A stretch of DNA of 64,000 nt from Polyangiales bacterium (GTDB lineage: Bacteria > Myxococcota_A > Polyangia > Polyangiales > JADJQN01). The translations under genes and the position numbers were made by a program. The stretch covers positions 128,001 to 192,000 of the forward strand of contig CAXNJO010000008.1 in NCBI GenBank assembly GCA_964202905.1, read 5' to 3'. The notes beneath the pieces are model-generated. The model saw only the letters and a program-made list of their open reading frames with translations. It made no database searches and was not told where the DNA came from. Below, one piece after another: positions 38,590-48,445 of this stretch (the first letter of the stretch is position 1; every line of letters begins with the position of its first letter).

Positions 38590-39546
38590 ATCTCTCGCCC
38601 CCGCTTTGACCCCCGCCAGCGCGTCCAGACCGGTCCCCGCACGAACGAGCGCATCCGAATCCCTGAGGTCCGAGTCATCGGCGCCGAGGGTGAGATGCTC
38701 GGCGTCATGGAGACGCGCGACGCGCTCCGCATCGCCCGGGAAAAGGACCTCGATCTCGTCGAGGTCAACCCCAAGGCCTTCCCGCCGGTCTGCAAGATCA
38801 TGGACTTCGGCAAGTTCAAGTACGAAGAGTCCAAGAAGACGCGCGAGGCCAAAAAGAAGCAGACGGTCGTGAAGTTGAAGGAGATCAAGCTCCGCCCGAA
38901 GACCGATGATCACGACATCGACTTCAAGGTGAAGCACATCCGCAACTTCATCGCCGAGGGCGACAAGGTGAAGATCACCGTGCGCTTCCGTGGCCGCGAG
39001 ATCACGCACCCGGAGACCGCGCAGCGGCAGTTCGAGACGATCATCGACCGCGTGAAGGACGTCGCGCTCGTCGAATCCTCGAGCCGCATGGAGGGCCGCG
39101 CGATGATCGTCCTGCTCGCGCCGCGGCCTGCGGGCAGCAAGGGAGGCGGGAATGTCTCCGCCCCGCGTCCCACGGTCGTGACGCAGCCCCGCCGTGACCC
39201 CCCCCCCGCGGCCCTCGCGCCGGTCGGAGACGACGTGGACGACGACGACGACGAGGACGACGACACGCCGGACGACGCCGAGGCGGCCGAGGCTGCCGAG
39301 GTCGAGGCCGCGCGTCCTCGCGTCGTGCCCGCTGCGCCTGCGGTCGCGGTGCCCCCTGCCGCCGCACCCGCGGCGGCTACCCCCGCTCCCGCCGCCGTCG
39401 CGCCCGCGGCCCCGGAACCCGCCCCAGCGGACGCTGCGCCTCAGTCCGCGGCATCGCCCGCGCCTGCCGCGGCGCCTCCGGCAGATGCAGCGCCGACTGC
39501 GTCGAAGGCGAAATCGCCGCGCGCGCCCGCGACCCGCAAGAAGTGA
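38590..39546 (+). CDS. infC: Translation initiation factor IF-3, ATC start, long acidic and Ala/Pro-rich C-terminal extension
   Basis: GGAGGA then in-frame ATC at 38590 gives ..RTNERIRIPEVRVIG..DLVEV..PPVCKIMDFGKFKYE..KEIKLRP..FRGRE; the tail runs to 39546. Confidence 0.93.
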   Translation: MSRPRFDPRQRVQTGPRTNERIRIPEVRVIGAEGEMLGVMETRDALRIAREKDLDLVEVNPKAFPPVCKIMDFGKFKYEESKKTREAKKKQTVVKLKEIKLRPKTDDHDIDFKVKHIRNFIAEGDKVKITVRFRGREITHPETAQRQFETIIDRVKDVALVESSSRMEGRAMIVLLAPRPAGSKGGGNVSAPRPTVVTQPRRDPPPAALAPVGDDVDDDDDEDDDTPDDAEAAEAAEVEAARPRVVPAAPAVAVPPAAAPAAATPAPAAVAPAAPEPAPADAAPQSAASPAPAAAPPADAAPTASKAKSPRAPATRKK

Positions 39547-39658
39547 CGCGATCGCCCCGCGCCGGTCCATGGACTGGCCGGCGCTAGCGGATCGCCCCGT
39601 ACATGGGGGCCGCGCCCAACGAAGGGCCCGCGAAGATGCGGTCCCAACCCGAACAAGA

Positions 39659-39687
39659 TTGACAGAGGAACGGAGGCGCCGTACATC
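39659..39687 (+). promoter_or_regulatory. Housekeeping sigma promoter of rpmI-rplT
   Basis: TTGACA-N17-TACATC, the same hexamers as upstream of rplM. Confidence 0.65.
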
Positions 39688-39753
39688 ACGCCTCCCTTCC
39701 GCGCAGCGCCGCGTCGCGACGCCGGTTCTGCGCCAGAGAGAACGGAGCTTCCA

Positions 39754-39954
39754 GTGCCGAAGATGAAGACGAACAGCGCTGCAGCCAAGCGCTTCAAGGT
39801 GACGGGCGGCGGCAAGGTGCGCCGGGGCAAAGCCGGCTTGAGCCACATGATGCGCGGGAAGTCCGCGAATCGTCGGCGCAAGCTTCGGAAGAACGGGATC
39901 GTGTCGGATACCCATCAGGGGCACATCGAGCGCCTGATGCCGTACGCGTTCTAA
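39754..39954 (+). CDS. rpmI: 50S ribosomal protein L35
   Basis: MPKMKT.SAAAKRFKVTG.GK..LMPY. Confidence 0.97.
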   Translation: MPKMKTNSAAAKRFKVTGGGKVRRGKAGLSHMMRGKSANRRRKLRKNGIVSDTHQGHIERLMPYAF

Positions 39955-40011
39955 ACACCCGCTCCACTCCCCGGTCCATCCCTTCCAGCTGACATCTCCT
40001 AGGAGTTTCGA

Positions 40012-40356
40012 ATGCCGCGCGCTAAAAGGGGCTTCAAAGCCCGCCGTCGTCGTAACCGTATTTTTCGTCATGCCAAGGGCTTCTACGGCGCCCGTGGCCG
40101 CATCTTCGGTGATGCGGTCGAGCAGGTCCGCAATGCCTGGCAGGATGCATTCAAGGCGCGTCGCATGCGCAAGCGCGACTTCCGCCGTCTCTGGATTGCG
40201 CGCATCAACGCGGCCGCGCGTCTCGTGGGTGTCAGCTACAGCAAGCTGACCCACTCGCTGAAGACTTCGAAGATCGAGATCGATCGCAAGATCCTCGCAG
40301 ATCTCGCGGTCCGCGACCCGGGCGGCTTCAAGGCCGTCGTCGACGCCGCGCGCTGA
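40012..40356 (+). CDS. rplT: 50S ribosomal protein L20
   Basis: [40 protein letters not shown]. Confidence 0.98.
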   Translation: MPRAKRGFKARRRRNRIFRHAKGFYGARGRIFGDAVEQVRNAWQDAFKARRMRKRDFRRLWIARINAAARLVGVSYSKLTHSLKTSKIEIDRKILADLAVRDPGGFKAVVDAAR

Positions 40357-40415
40357 CGCACCGGGCCGACGCGCGTCGTCGGCCCGCGGTCGTCTCCTTG
40401 GGGAGGGCGGATCCC

Positions 40416-41516
40416 GTGAGCGCCGACGATCCGGTCCGAGAGTTCGAAGAGGGCCTCGCGCGCATCGAGTCCGCCTACCCGCAGGCGCTCGACGCGTGCG
40501 TTGACGAGCACACGCTGCGCGCTGCCAACGCGCGCTTCGTGGGCCCCCAGGGCGAGCTGACGGCGTTGCTCAAGTGGATGCCAAAACTCCCGGGCGATCG
40601 CCGCAAGGCGCTCGGACAGCGGGCAAACGGAACCAAGGCGGGCGTCGAGCGGGCGTTCGCCGCGCGGCTCGGCGCGCTCGCGGCGGCGGCCCGTGCGGCC
40701 GAATTGTCGGGACCTGCGGTCGACGTCTCGCTACCGGGACGCGGCGTGCGGGCCGGGCGTCTGCACCCGATGACGCGCGTCGTGAACGAGTTGATCGACG
40801 TCTTCACGTCGCTCGGCTTCGACGTCGCCGAGGGGCCGGAGGTAGAGCTGTACGAGTACAACTTCGACAAGCTCGGCTTCCCGCCCGACCACCCCGCGAC
40901 GGACATGCAGGACAGCTTCTTCGTGGAGACGGGTGCGGGAGACCCCGCGCGCGCGAAGACGGTGCTCCGCACGCACACCTCGAACATGCAGGTGCGCGAG
41001 ATGCTGGCGCGGCGCCCGCCGATGGCGGTGATCGCCCCCGGGCAGGTCTACCGGCGCGACGACGACGTCACGCACTCGCCCATGTTTTTTCAGATTGAGG
41101 GCTTCCTCATCGATGAGGACGTCTCCTTCGCGAACCTGCGCGGGGTCCTCGCTCGCTTCGCCGAGCGCATGTTCGGCGAGGGCACTCCGGTCCGGCTCCG
41201 TCCGAGTTACTTCCCCTTCGTCGAACCGGGCGCTGAGGTCGACATCGGCTGCATGATTTGCCGCGGCTGGCGCGGCGACACCGAGTCGCGAGCGCGCCAA
41301 GCGGAGTGCCGCGTCTGCAAGACCACCGGCTTTGTCGAGGTGCTCGGCTGCGGGATGATCCACCCGGTCGTGCTCCAGCATGCCGACATCGACCCTGAGC
41401 GTTACTCAGGCTTTGCGTTCGGCATGGGCATCGACCGCATCGCGATGCTCCGCTACGGCATCACCGACATCCGGCTGCTCTACGAGAACGACACCCGTTT
41501 CCTCGAGCAGTTCTGA
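40416..41516 (+). CDS. pheS: Phenylalanine--tRNA ligase alpha subunit
   Basis: GPEVE..NFDKL..HPATDMQD, LRTHTS, THSPMFFQIEG, RPSYFPFVEP, GFAFGMG. Confidence 0.97.
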   Translation: MSADDPVREFEEGLARIESAYPQALDACVDEHTLRAANARFVGPQGELTALLKWMPKLPGDRRKALGQRANGTKAGVERAFAARLGALAAAARAAELSGPAVDVSLPGRGVRAGRLHPMTRVVNELIDVFTSLGFDVAEGPEVELYEYNFDKLGFPPDHPATDMQDSFFVETGAGDPARAKTVLRTHTSNMQVREMLARRPPMAVIAPGQVYRRDDDVTHSPMFFQIEGFLIDEDVSFANLRGVLARFAERMFGEGTPVRLRPSYFPFVEPGAEVDIGCMICRGWRGDTESRARQAECRVCKTTGFVEVLGCGMIHPVVLQHADIDPERYSGFAFGMGIDRIAMLRYGITDIRLLYENDTRFLEQF

Positions 41517-41528
41517 CGGAGACGAATC

Positions 41529-44006
41529 TTGCGCGCCTCGACCCAGTGGCTGAGTGAGCTCGCCGGCGTGGTTGCGACGCCGGCCCAGATGGCCGAGCGT
41601 CTGACGGCGGGCGGCATCGAGGTCGAGGCGCAGCACGCCTACGGTCTCTCGCTCGACGGGGTGATCGTCGCGGAGGTCCGGGCGAAATCCCCGCATCCGC
41701 GGCGGGACAAGCTGACGGTCGTCGAGGTCTTCGACGGTGAGGCCGTACACACCGTCGTCTGCGGCGCGCCGAATGTTCCGGCCCCCGGAGGTCGGGTGCT
41801 GCTCGCGCGCGTCGGCGCCACGCTTCCCGGCGGGCTCGCGATCGCCGAACGCGACCTCGCCGGGGTCGTGTCGCGTGGGATGCTGTGCAGCGAGTCTGAG
41901 CTCGGCATCGGCACGGAATCCGGGGGGATTGTCGTCCTCGGCGCGGGCGACGCGGCCGCGCTTGGCGCGCGCGTCGATGACGCCTTCGGCCTGCGGGACG
42001 TCGCGCTCGAGATCTCGCTCACGCCGAACCGGCCGGATTGTCTCGGGCACGTCGGGCTCGCACGCGAACTCGCCGCCCTGAGCGGCGTGCCGTTCGCGCC
42101 GCCCGTGCCCGGCACGACGTTCGCGCTCCGTGCGCTCCCGCGTGCGCACGGCGTCGTCGCCGTCGACGGCGGCGACGTCACCGTCACGATCGCGTCGCCG
42201 GAGCGCTGTCCCCGGTATGCGGCGACGCTCGTGCGTGGCGTAGAGGTCGGAGCCTCGCCGCTGCGCGTACGGGCGCGTCTCCACGTGCTCGGCGTCCGCG
42301 CGGTCTCCAACGTGGTGGACGCGACGAATCTCGCGCTCTACGAGTGGGGCCACCCGACACACGCGTTCGACCTCGAGCGCGTCCGGGGCCGGCACATCAC
42401 GGTGCGTCTCGCGGTCGATGGCGAGCGGATGCGGACGCTCGATGGCATCGAGCGCGTGCTCACGCGCGACGATCTCCTCATCTGCGACGCGGAGAGGCCG
42501 GTCGCAATCGCGGGCGTCATGGGCGGCGCCGACACGGAGATCCGCGGCACCACCCGCGACGTCCTGCTTGAGTGCGCCTGGTTCGATCCGCGCGGCGTTC
42601 GGCGTACCGCGCGGCGCCTCGGGCTGCACACCGACGCCAGCCACCGCTTCGAGCGCGGGGTCGACCCTGCGGCGGTCGCGGCGGTCGCGCGCCGTGTGAC
42701 GGAGCTCGTCCGCGGGCTCGCCGGTGGCGAGATCGGTGCGGACGCGGTCGATGTGCATCCGCACCCGCACCGCACCGTGAGCCTGCAGCTCCGAGGCGAT
42801 CGGCTGCGCGCGATCCTCGGCGATCCGGGCGCGACGCTGGCGCTCGCGGGGCCGCTGCTCGCGGGCCTCGGCTGCGCGGTTTCGGCGACCCCCGCGCCCG
42901 TCCCGGCGGGTACGGTCCTCGACGTGATTGCGCCGTCGTGGCGACCTGATCTCACTCGCGAAATCGACCTGATCGAGGAAGTCGCCCGCGTCCGCGGCTA
43001 CGACCGCATCCCGACTGTCGTGCCCAACGTCCGTCCGAGCGTGACGGGAACGCCGCCGCGCGTCCGCTTCGGGCGCCGGCTCCGCGAGCACGCGGCCGCG
43101 GCGGGGCTCTTCGAGGCGATCAACTTCGCGTTCCTCGCGCCGGCGGACCTTGCGGCGAGCGCGGTGTCGCGCGATGCCGTGCCGCTCGCGAACCCCCTCT
43201 CCGAAGAGCGGTCCGTGCTGCGAACCTCGCTCGTCCCGGGGCTGCTGGCGGACGTGCGTCGCGCGCAGCGGCACCAGGTCGAGCGCATCGCGCTGTTCGA
43301 GCTCGCGCGTGTCTTCGCGCCGCAGACGGAGGGACCGCTGCCGGTCGAGCGTCGCGAGCTGGGCGTGGTGTTGTGTGGTCCCCGCGCGCGCTGGATCGGC
43401 GACGCCGATCCGCTCGACTTCTTCGATCTGAAGGGCATGGTCGGCGCGCTCGTGTCTTCAGCGTGCGGGCTGGCGGTCGAGACGGTCCTCGACGCGCGGC
43501 TCGATGCGTCGGTGGAGCACGGCGGCGCGCCCTTCCTCCATCCAAGGCGGCGCGCGCGGGTCCTCGCCGGAGGCCGCGAAGTCGGCGTCCTCGGGGAGGT
43601 CCATCCCGATGTGGTCGAGGCGGTCGGCTTGAACGGTCGGCCGCTCGTGGCCGCGCTCGACGTCGAGGCGCTCTTCGACGCGACGGAGGCCGCTGGGCTG
43701 CCGCGCGCGCGCGCGCTGCCGCGCTTTCCACACGTCACGCGGGACGTCGCGCTCGTCGTCGCCGAGTCCACCGTCTCCGGCGAGGTCGCAGCCGCGCTTC
43801 ACGAGGCGGGCGAAGGTCTCGCCGAAGACGTCCATCTCTTCGACGTCTACCGCGGTGCGGGCGTGCCTGAGGGCCACAAGTCGCTCGCGTTTCGCGTCGT
43901 CTACCGCGACGCGGCGGCGACGCTCACGGACGAGCGTGTCGACCGCGCGCACGAGCGCGTGACGCGCGCCGCGCGCGAGCGCTTCGGCGGTACGCTCCGC
44001 GCCTAG
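41529..44006 (+). CDS. pheT: Phenylalanine--tRNA ligase beta subunit
   Basis: VVCGAPN, SRGMLCS, LTPNRPD, SHRFERG, DLIEEVAR, NPLS..LRTSL, FDVYRG..KSLAF. Confidence 0.97.
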   Translation: MRASTQWLSELAGVVATPAQMAERLTAGGIEVEAQHAYGLSLDGVIVAEVRAKSPHPRRDKLTVVEVFDGEAVHTVVCGAPNVPAPGGRVLLARVGATLPGGLAIAERDLAGVVSRGMLCSESELGIGTESGGIVVLGAGDAAALGARVDDAFGLRDVALEISLTPNRPDCLGHVGLARELAALSGVPFAPPVPGTTFALRALPRAHGVVAVDGGDVTVTIASPERCPRYAATLVRGVEVGASPLRVRARLHVLGVRAVSNVVDATNLALYEWGHPTHAFDLERVRGRHITVRLAVDGERMRTLDGIERVLTRDDLLICDAERPVAIAGVMGGADTEIRGTTRDVLLECAWFDPRGVRRTARRLGLHTDASHRFERGVDPAAVAAVARRVTELVRGLAGGEIGADAVDVHPHPHRTVSLQLRGDRLRAILGDPGATLALAGPLLAGLGCAVSATPAPVPAGTVLDVIAPSWRPDLTREIDLIEEVARVRGYDRIPTVVPNVRPSVTGTPPRVRFGRRLREHAAAAGLFEAINFAFLAPADLAASAVSRDAVPLANPLSEERSVLRTSLVPGLLADVRRAQRHQVERIALFELARVFAPQTEGPLPVERRELGVVLCGPRARWIGDADPLDFFDLKGMVGALVSSACGLAVETVLDARLDASVEHGGAPFLHPRRRARVLAGGREVGVLGEVHPDVVEAVGLNGRPLVAALDVEALFDATEAAGLPRARALPRFPHVTRDVALVVAESTVSGEVAAALHEAGEGLAEDVHLFDVYRGAGVPEGHKSLAFRVVYRDAAATLTDERVDRAHERVTRAARERFGGTLRA

Positions 44007-44235
44007 CTCCCCAGTGCGCGAGCGGCGCCTGCGAGGACCCCGCGCCGGGCACCGGGAATCGGCAGACGGGCGCTGCACGGCTCGCGTGGCGCCCCCGGAG
44101 CGCGCGGTTGGGGGGCGGAAGTCCTGGTCCCGCCGGGCGGCGCGGGGGCGAGGCGCGCTGCGGTTGAGTCCGAGCCGCAATCGTGATTGTATCCGAGGGC
44201 TTGCCGAACGTGACGGATGCGTGGAGGAGTACGCG

Positions 44236-44574
44236 ATGACGAAGGCGGAGATCATCGACAGCGTCTACGAGCAGGTCGGGGGCTTCTCGAAGAAGGAGTG
44301 CTCCGAGGCCGTCGAGGCCGTCTTCGACGTGATGAAGGAAGTCCTCGAGGACGGCAAGAAGATCAAGATCTCCGGCTTCGGAAACTTCGTCGTGCGCGCC
44401 AAGAAGGAGCGCATGGGACGCAATCCGCAGACCGGCTCGCCCATCCCGATCAGCGCGCGCCGCGTACTCACGTTCAAGCCGAGCCAGGTACTCAAGAGCG
44501 TGCTCAATCCCCACAAGGCGGGTGTGCCGCTCGGGCAGGGCGGCTCGCGTGGCGGCGGGTTCCCGGCGACCTGA
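44236..44574 (+). CDS. ihfA: Integration host factor alpha subunit
   Basis: MTKAEI..KISGFGNF..GRNPQTG..ISARRVLTFKPS; follows pheT. Confidence 0.93.
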   Translation: MTKAEIIDSVYEQVGGFSKKECSEAVEAVFDVMKEVLEDGKKIKISGFGNFVVRAKKERMGRNPQTGSPIPISARRVLTFKPSQVLKSVLNPHKAGVPLGQGGSRGGGFPAT

Positions 44575-44790
44575 GCGCGCGGGGCGCGGACGTCGCGGAC
44601 CAGGTCTGAGTCACCAAGGGAGCGCGTCGCGCATCGCCCCGACGAGGGGCCCTGCGGGAGGCGCGCCCACGCCGGGCGCTCGTGGCTCGATACGTCGCGG
44701 ATGCGTGTGCCTCACGGTCGGCTTGGGGGCAGGGCGCGTGTCGCACCGTGGGTTCGAAGAGGCGACGTTCGCCGTCGTCGAGGGAGTCCC

Positions 44791-45336
44791 ATGTCGCTGC
44801 GCAAGCCCCTGTCGGACAAGCTTTTCTTCAAGATCGGCGAGGTCGTCGCGATCGTGGGAGTCAAGGCGCCCGTGCTCCGCGCCTGGGAGGGGGAGTTCCA
44901 GGTTCTTCGCCCGTTGAAGACGCGCGGCGCGCACCGCGTGTACCGACGTCGGGACGTGGAGCTCGCCATGCTCATCCGACGGCTCCTGCACGACGAGGGC
45001 TTCACGATGGCTGGCGCCCGCAAGCGCCTCCGCGAGCTCGGGCACGCGCGGGACGAGAGCGGCGAAGGGCGCGGCGCCGCGCGTGAGGTGCTGCTGCGCG
45101 CGGAGCTGATCGCGCTGCGCGAGGAGTTCGCGACGCTCCTCGGGCAACTCGACGCGATCGTCGCGCCACCCGCGCCGGGCGAGGTGCCGACGCGCGTCGT
45201 GGTGCATGGGGCGACGCCCCGCGCCGCGCATCCGGCCAGCCGTTCGTCCGCCATTCCGGGCGTCTCCTCGGCCGCGACGGTCGTGCCGGCGCCGCATCCC
45301 GCGTCATCGACCCGGCGGGGCCCGACGCAAGGATGA
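44791..45336 (+). CDS. MerR-family transcriptional regulator
   Basis: [44 protein letters not shown]; conserved position after ihfA. Confidence 0.88.
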   Translation: MSLRKPLSDKLFFKIGEVVAIVGVKAPVLRAWEGEFQVLRPLKTRGAHRVYRRRDVELAMLIRRLLHDEGFTMAGARKRLRELGHARDESGEGRGAAREVLLRAELIALREEFATLLGQLDAIVAPPAPGEVPTRVVVHGATPRAAHPASRSSAIPGVSSAATVVPAPHPASSTRRGPTQG

Positions 45337-45416
45337 GAAGCCTGCGCGCGATTCATCGTTGCGGGCAGGCCGGAACCGTGTATCTTCCGCCTCCCCTTCG
45401 CGGGGGACGTGATCAT

Positions 45417-45494
45417 CGGGGCGTAGCGCAGCCTGGTTAGCGCACCAGACTGGGGGTCTGGGGGTCGCTGGTTCGAATCCAGTCGCCCCGACCA
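45417..45494 (+). tRNA. tRNA-Pro(GGG)
   Basis: Acceptor CGGGGCG/CGCCCCG, anticodon arm CCAGA-CTGGGGG-TCTGG, GGTTCGAATCC, encoded CCA. Confidence 0.97.
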
Positions 45495-45497
45495 CGT

Positions 45498-45531
45498 GAG
45501 GGGCCGCAAGCCGAGAGGCTCGCGGCCCTTC
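45498..45531 (+). terminator. Terminator-like hairpin after tRNA-Pro
   Basis: GAGGGGCCGCAAGCC-GAGA-GGCTCGCGGCCCTTC with a GNRA loop. Confidence 0.7.
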
Positions 45532-45537
45532 CTATTG

Positions 45538-45703
45538 GTGCGCCCAGCATGGGCGCGATGTTGCGTGTGGTGCGCCCAGCATGGGCGCGATCCTGCGGGT
45601 GCAAGTCCTGCCGAGAGGAGACCATCCTGATCGAAGCGCGCCGCAACTGCGGAAGGGCGACCGATCTTGGGGAGGAAGCGGGGAGCGAAACCGCGGGCCG
45701 AAC
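45538..45703 (+). mobile_element. Truncated group II intron (class C-like) 5' remnant with a duplicated 5' end
   Basis: GTGCGCCCAGCATGGGCGCG at 45538 and 45570, then GGGTGCAAGTCC, GCAACTGCGGAAGGGCGACCGA and GGGGAGGAAGC; starts 6 nt after a terminator stem. No RT ORF or domain V seen. Confidence 0.72.
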
Positions 45704-45750
45704 GGGGCCCGGCCCGGCGCGGGCGGGTTCGCGTGGTACACCTGCGCGCG

Positions 45751-46542
45751 ATGAACGACCGCCCGCTGGTGCTGCTCTCGAACGACGATGGGGTCCAGGC
45801 CGCGGGGATCCGTGCTCTCGCCGAGGCGCTGCGGGCCGTCGCCGACGTCGTCGTGTGCGCGCCGGAAGGAGAGCAGAGCGCGCAGTCGCATGCGCTGACG
45901 CTCTCGCGGCCGCTGCGCCACCGCGTGCTCGGTGACGGGGTCCACGCCGTCGACGGCTCGCCGGCGGACTGCATCTACGTGGCGCTCCACCACGCCCCGA
46001 TCCTCGCGCGGCGTCCGGACGTGGTCGCGAGCGGCCTCAACCACGGCGTCAACCTCGGGTCGGATGTCTTCTACTCGGGGACGGTCGCGGCCGCGCGGGA
46101 GGGGGCGCTGCGAGGGATTCCGTCGATCGCGTTCTCGCTCGAGACCGGTGGGGATCGCGCCGCGTCGTCGGCGCTTGCCGCGCAGATGGTGCTCCGCCTC
46201 GCCGAGGCCTCGCGCAGCGCGCCCACGCCGGACGGCGTCACGCCGCTCCTCAACGTGAACTTCCCGCTCGTGTCGCCGCGGGGCGTGCGCACGACGCGCC
46301 TCGGGCGGCGACTCTACGCGGACGAGGTCGTCGTCCGCCACGACCCGCGCGGTCGCGAGTATTTCTGGATCGGCGGGCCCGGGGGCGCGCGTCACGAGCC
46401 CGTCGACGCGAGCGACACGGAGGCGATCGACGCGGGCTACGTCTCGGTGACGCCGCTGCTGATCGAGGCGACGGCGGCCCACCACCTCGGTCTCGCGGCC
46501 TTCGTCGTCGGGCCGGCGGACGCCGCGGAGCCCGCGCGATGA
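45751..46542 (+). CDS. surE: 5'/3'-nucleotidase SurE
   Basis: LLSNDDG, QSAQSHALT, GSPADC, SGLNHGVNLG, YSGTVAAA, VSVTPL. Confidence 0.96.
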   Translation: MNDRPLVLLSNDDGVQAAGIRALAEALRAVADVVVCAPEGEQSAQSHALTLSRPLRHRVLGDGVHAVDGSPADCIYVALHHAPILARRPDVVASGLNHGVNLGSDVFYSGTVAAAREGALRGIPSIAFSLETGGDRAASSALAAQMVLRLAEASRSAPTPDGVTPLLNVNFPLVSPRGVRTTRLGRRLYADEVVVRHDPRGREYFWIGGPGGARHEPVDASDTEAIDAGYVSVTPLLIEATAAHHLGLAAFVVGPADAAEPAR

Positions 46543-47075
46543 GCGACCTCGATCCGCGCCTCGCCCTGCTGCGCGGGCTCATCCGCGACGTCCCCGACTT
46601 CCCGAAGCCGGGCATCCTCTTCAAAGACATCACGCCGCTGCTCGCAGACCCGCGTGGCCTCGCGACCGCGGTCGCGCTCATCGCGGAGCGCTTCGACGAC
46701 GCGCGCATCGACACCGTCGTCGGCATCGAATCGCGTGGTTTTCTGTTCGCGGCCCCGCTCGCGGTGCGTCTTGGGGCGGGCTTCGTCCCGGCGCGTAAAC
46801 CGGGCAAACTCCCAAGTCGCGCCGACCGCGTGGCGTACGCGCTCGAGTACGGGTCGGACGCGCTCGAGCTCCACAGCGACGCGATCCACCGCGGCGCGCG
46901 TGTGTTGATCGTCGACGACGTCATCGCGACCGGTGGGACCGCGTGGGCGGCGGCGGAACTCGTGCGCCGGCAGGGCGGCGTGCTGTGCGGGGCGGCGTTC
47001 CTCCTCGAGCTCGGCTTCCTCGGTGGGCGTGCACGACTCGCACCCGTCGAGACCAGCGCGCTGCTCACTTATTGA
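46539..47075 (+). CDS. apt: Adenine phosphoribosyltransferase
   Basis: PDFPKPGILFKDITPLL, GIESRGF, RKPGKLP, YALEYG, IVDDVIATGGT. Confidence 0.97.
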   Translation: MSDLDPRLALLRGLIRDVPDFPKPGILFKDITPLLADPRGLATAVALIAERFDDARIDTVVGIESRGFLFAAPLAVRLGAGFVPARKPGKLPSRADRVAYALEYGSDALELHSDAIHRGARVLIVDDVIATGGTAWAAAELVRRQGGVLCGAAFLLELGFLGGRARLAPVETSALLTY

Positions 47076-47167
47076 AGCCCTTCCATGAGCGCGCGCCTCG
47101 CGCGTCGCCGAGGCTGCGCGCGTCGCGTGCGTCGTGCTACACCGCGCGCGCCGGCGATGGTCGGCTG

Positions 47168-47240
47168 GCTCCCGTAGCTCAGGGGATAGAGCAGCGGTTT
47201 CCTAAACCGTTGGCCGCACGTTCGATTCGTGCCGGGAGCG
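47168..47240 (+). tRNA. tRNA-Arg(CCT), integration target
   Basis: Acceptor GCTCCCG/CGGGAGC, anticodon arm GCGGT-TTCCTAA-ACCGT, T-arm GCACG-TTCGATT-CGTGC; CCA is not encoded. Confidence 0.95.
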
Positions 47241-47242
47241 CC
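47199..47242 (+). repeat. Left att core (44 bp)
   Basis: TTCCTAAACCGTTGGCCGCACGTTCGATTCGTGCCGGGAGCGCC, identical to 54160-54203. Confidence 0.95.
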
Positions 47243-47269
47243 GTAAAAAATAAGGCGAAGCGCGGGCCG

Positions 47270-48445
47270 CTACCGCCGCGTCCTCGAGGTGCCGCGAGCC
47301 TGTGTGGGCAAAGGCGGAGCAAGGTCGATCACCCGTTCACGCGTGACGACTTGCGGTGCGCTCGCGGCGACGAGGAAGGCGCGCGTATCCTCGACCTCGA
47401 CGTGGGCGTAGCGTGCGGACGTTTGGATGTTGGCGTGCCCGAGGACCTTCGCCACCGTGTCGAGGCCGCCACCGGCGCGACGAATCATGGTCGCCGCGTG
47501 GTGCCGGAGGTCGTGAGCGCGGAGGTCGGCGAGGCCGTGCGCCTTCGCGAAGATTGCCCACGCCTTGCTCGCGAGGTCCCGGCGGCGCTGTTCCTCTGTG
47601 CGCTTCAACTCTTCGATGCGTGCCGCGCGACGAGGAATCGGGAACACGAAGGCGTCGGGCTCCCCGACGTGGAGCGCGTCGAGGACGTCGGCCAGGACCG
47701 GGACGATGGCGACCTCCCGCGTGCGATGCGTCTTGGTCCGCGTGAAGCGCACGACCTCGGCCGAGCGGTCGACGTCACGCCAGCGGAGGGACGTGATCTC
47801 GCCGAGCCGAGCGCCGGTGAACTTGCACGCCAGCGCGACCGGACGGAGCCAGCCCTTGAGCTTCGCGGACACGAGGGCCTCTTCCTCGGGTGACAAGTAG
47901 CGCACGCGACCCTCGGGCTCGCGAAGGCTCTTGAGCTCGCGGAGCGTGGCGGCGGTGCTTCGCTCCATGAGTCCCTCCCGCGCAGCCCACGCCGCGAAGG
48001 TCTTGAGCGTGGAGACGTGGCGATTCACCGTCGCCGGCGACCGCCCGCTCGCACGCATCGACGCCTTGAAGCGTTCGACGTCGAAGGGCGCGAGGGACGC
48101 CAGCGCCTTGTGCTCGCCGAGGAAGCCACGCAACGCCTTCCCGTGCGCCTCACGGTCGCGGACGGTCTTGATCCCGTGCGTCGCGCAATGGGCGAGCCAG
48201 CGGTCGAACGTCGCGCCGAGCGTTGCGGGGGGCGCACGAAGCGGATCGAACGAACCGTCGACGATCTCCGCGAGGAAGGCCTGTGCGCGCCGCTTCGCGG
48301 CTGCGGTCGTCGTGCCTCTGGGTAGACGCTCGCGGAAGCGCTTGTGCTCGCCCGTGCGGACGTCTTGCCACCGAAGGTCGATATGGAAGGTCCCCTCGGC
48401 CGAGCGAAACAGTCCACGCACGCCGTATCGCGTGGGGCGAGACAT
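47270..48445 (-). CDS. Tyrosine recombinase/integrase
   Basis: SPATVNR, FTGARLGEI (R), TKT (K), AHDLRH (HxxR), LGH, ARYAH (Y); ATG at 48445 overlaps the upstream stop (TGATG). Confidence 0.95.
   Translation of the reverse strand: MSRPTRYGVRGLFRSAEGTFHIDLRWQDVRTGEHKRFRERLPRGTTTAAAKRRAQAFLAEIVDGSFDPLRAPPATLGATFDRWLAHCATHGIKTVRDREAHGKALRGFLGEHKALASLAPFDVERFKASMRASGRSPATVNRHVSTLKTFAAWAAREGLMERSTAATLRELKSLREPEGRVRYLSPEEEALVSAKLKGWLRPVALACKFTGARLGEITSLRWRDVDRSAEVVRFTRTKTHRTREVAIVPVLADVLDALHVGEPDAFVFPIPRRAARIEELKRTEEQRRRDLASKAWAIFAKAHGLADLRAHDLRHHAATMIRRAGGGLDTVAKVLGHANIQTSARYAHVEVEDTRAFLVAASAPQVVTRERVIDLAPPLPTQARGTSRTRR

Noticed and set aside
41248..41320. Cys-rich insert in PheS (CMIC...CRVC)
   Set aside because: A common zinc-ribbon-like feature of many bacterial PheS proteins.
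45536..45591. Mini-CRISPR or att site from the 24-bp direct repeat
   Set aside because: Only two copies 8 bp apart; better explained as duplicated group II intron 5' ends.
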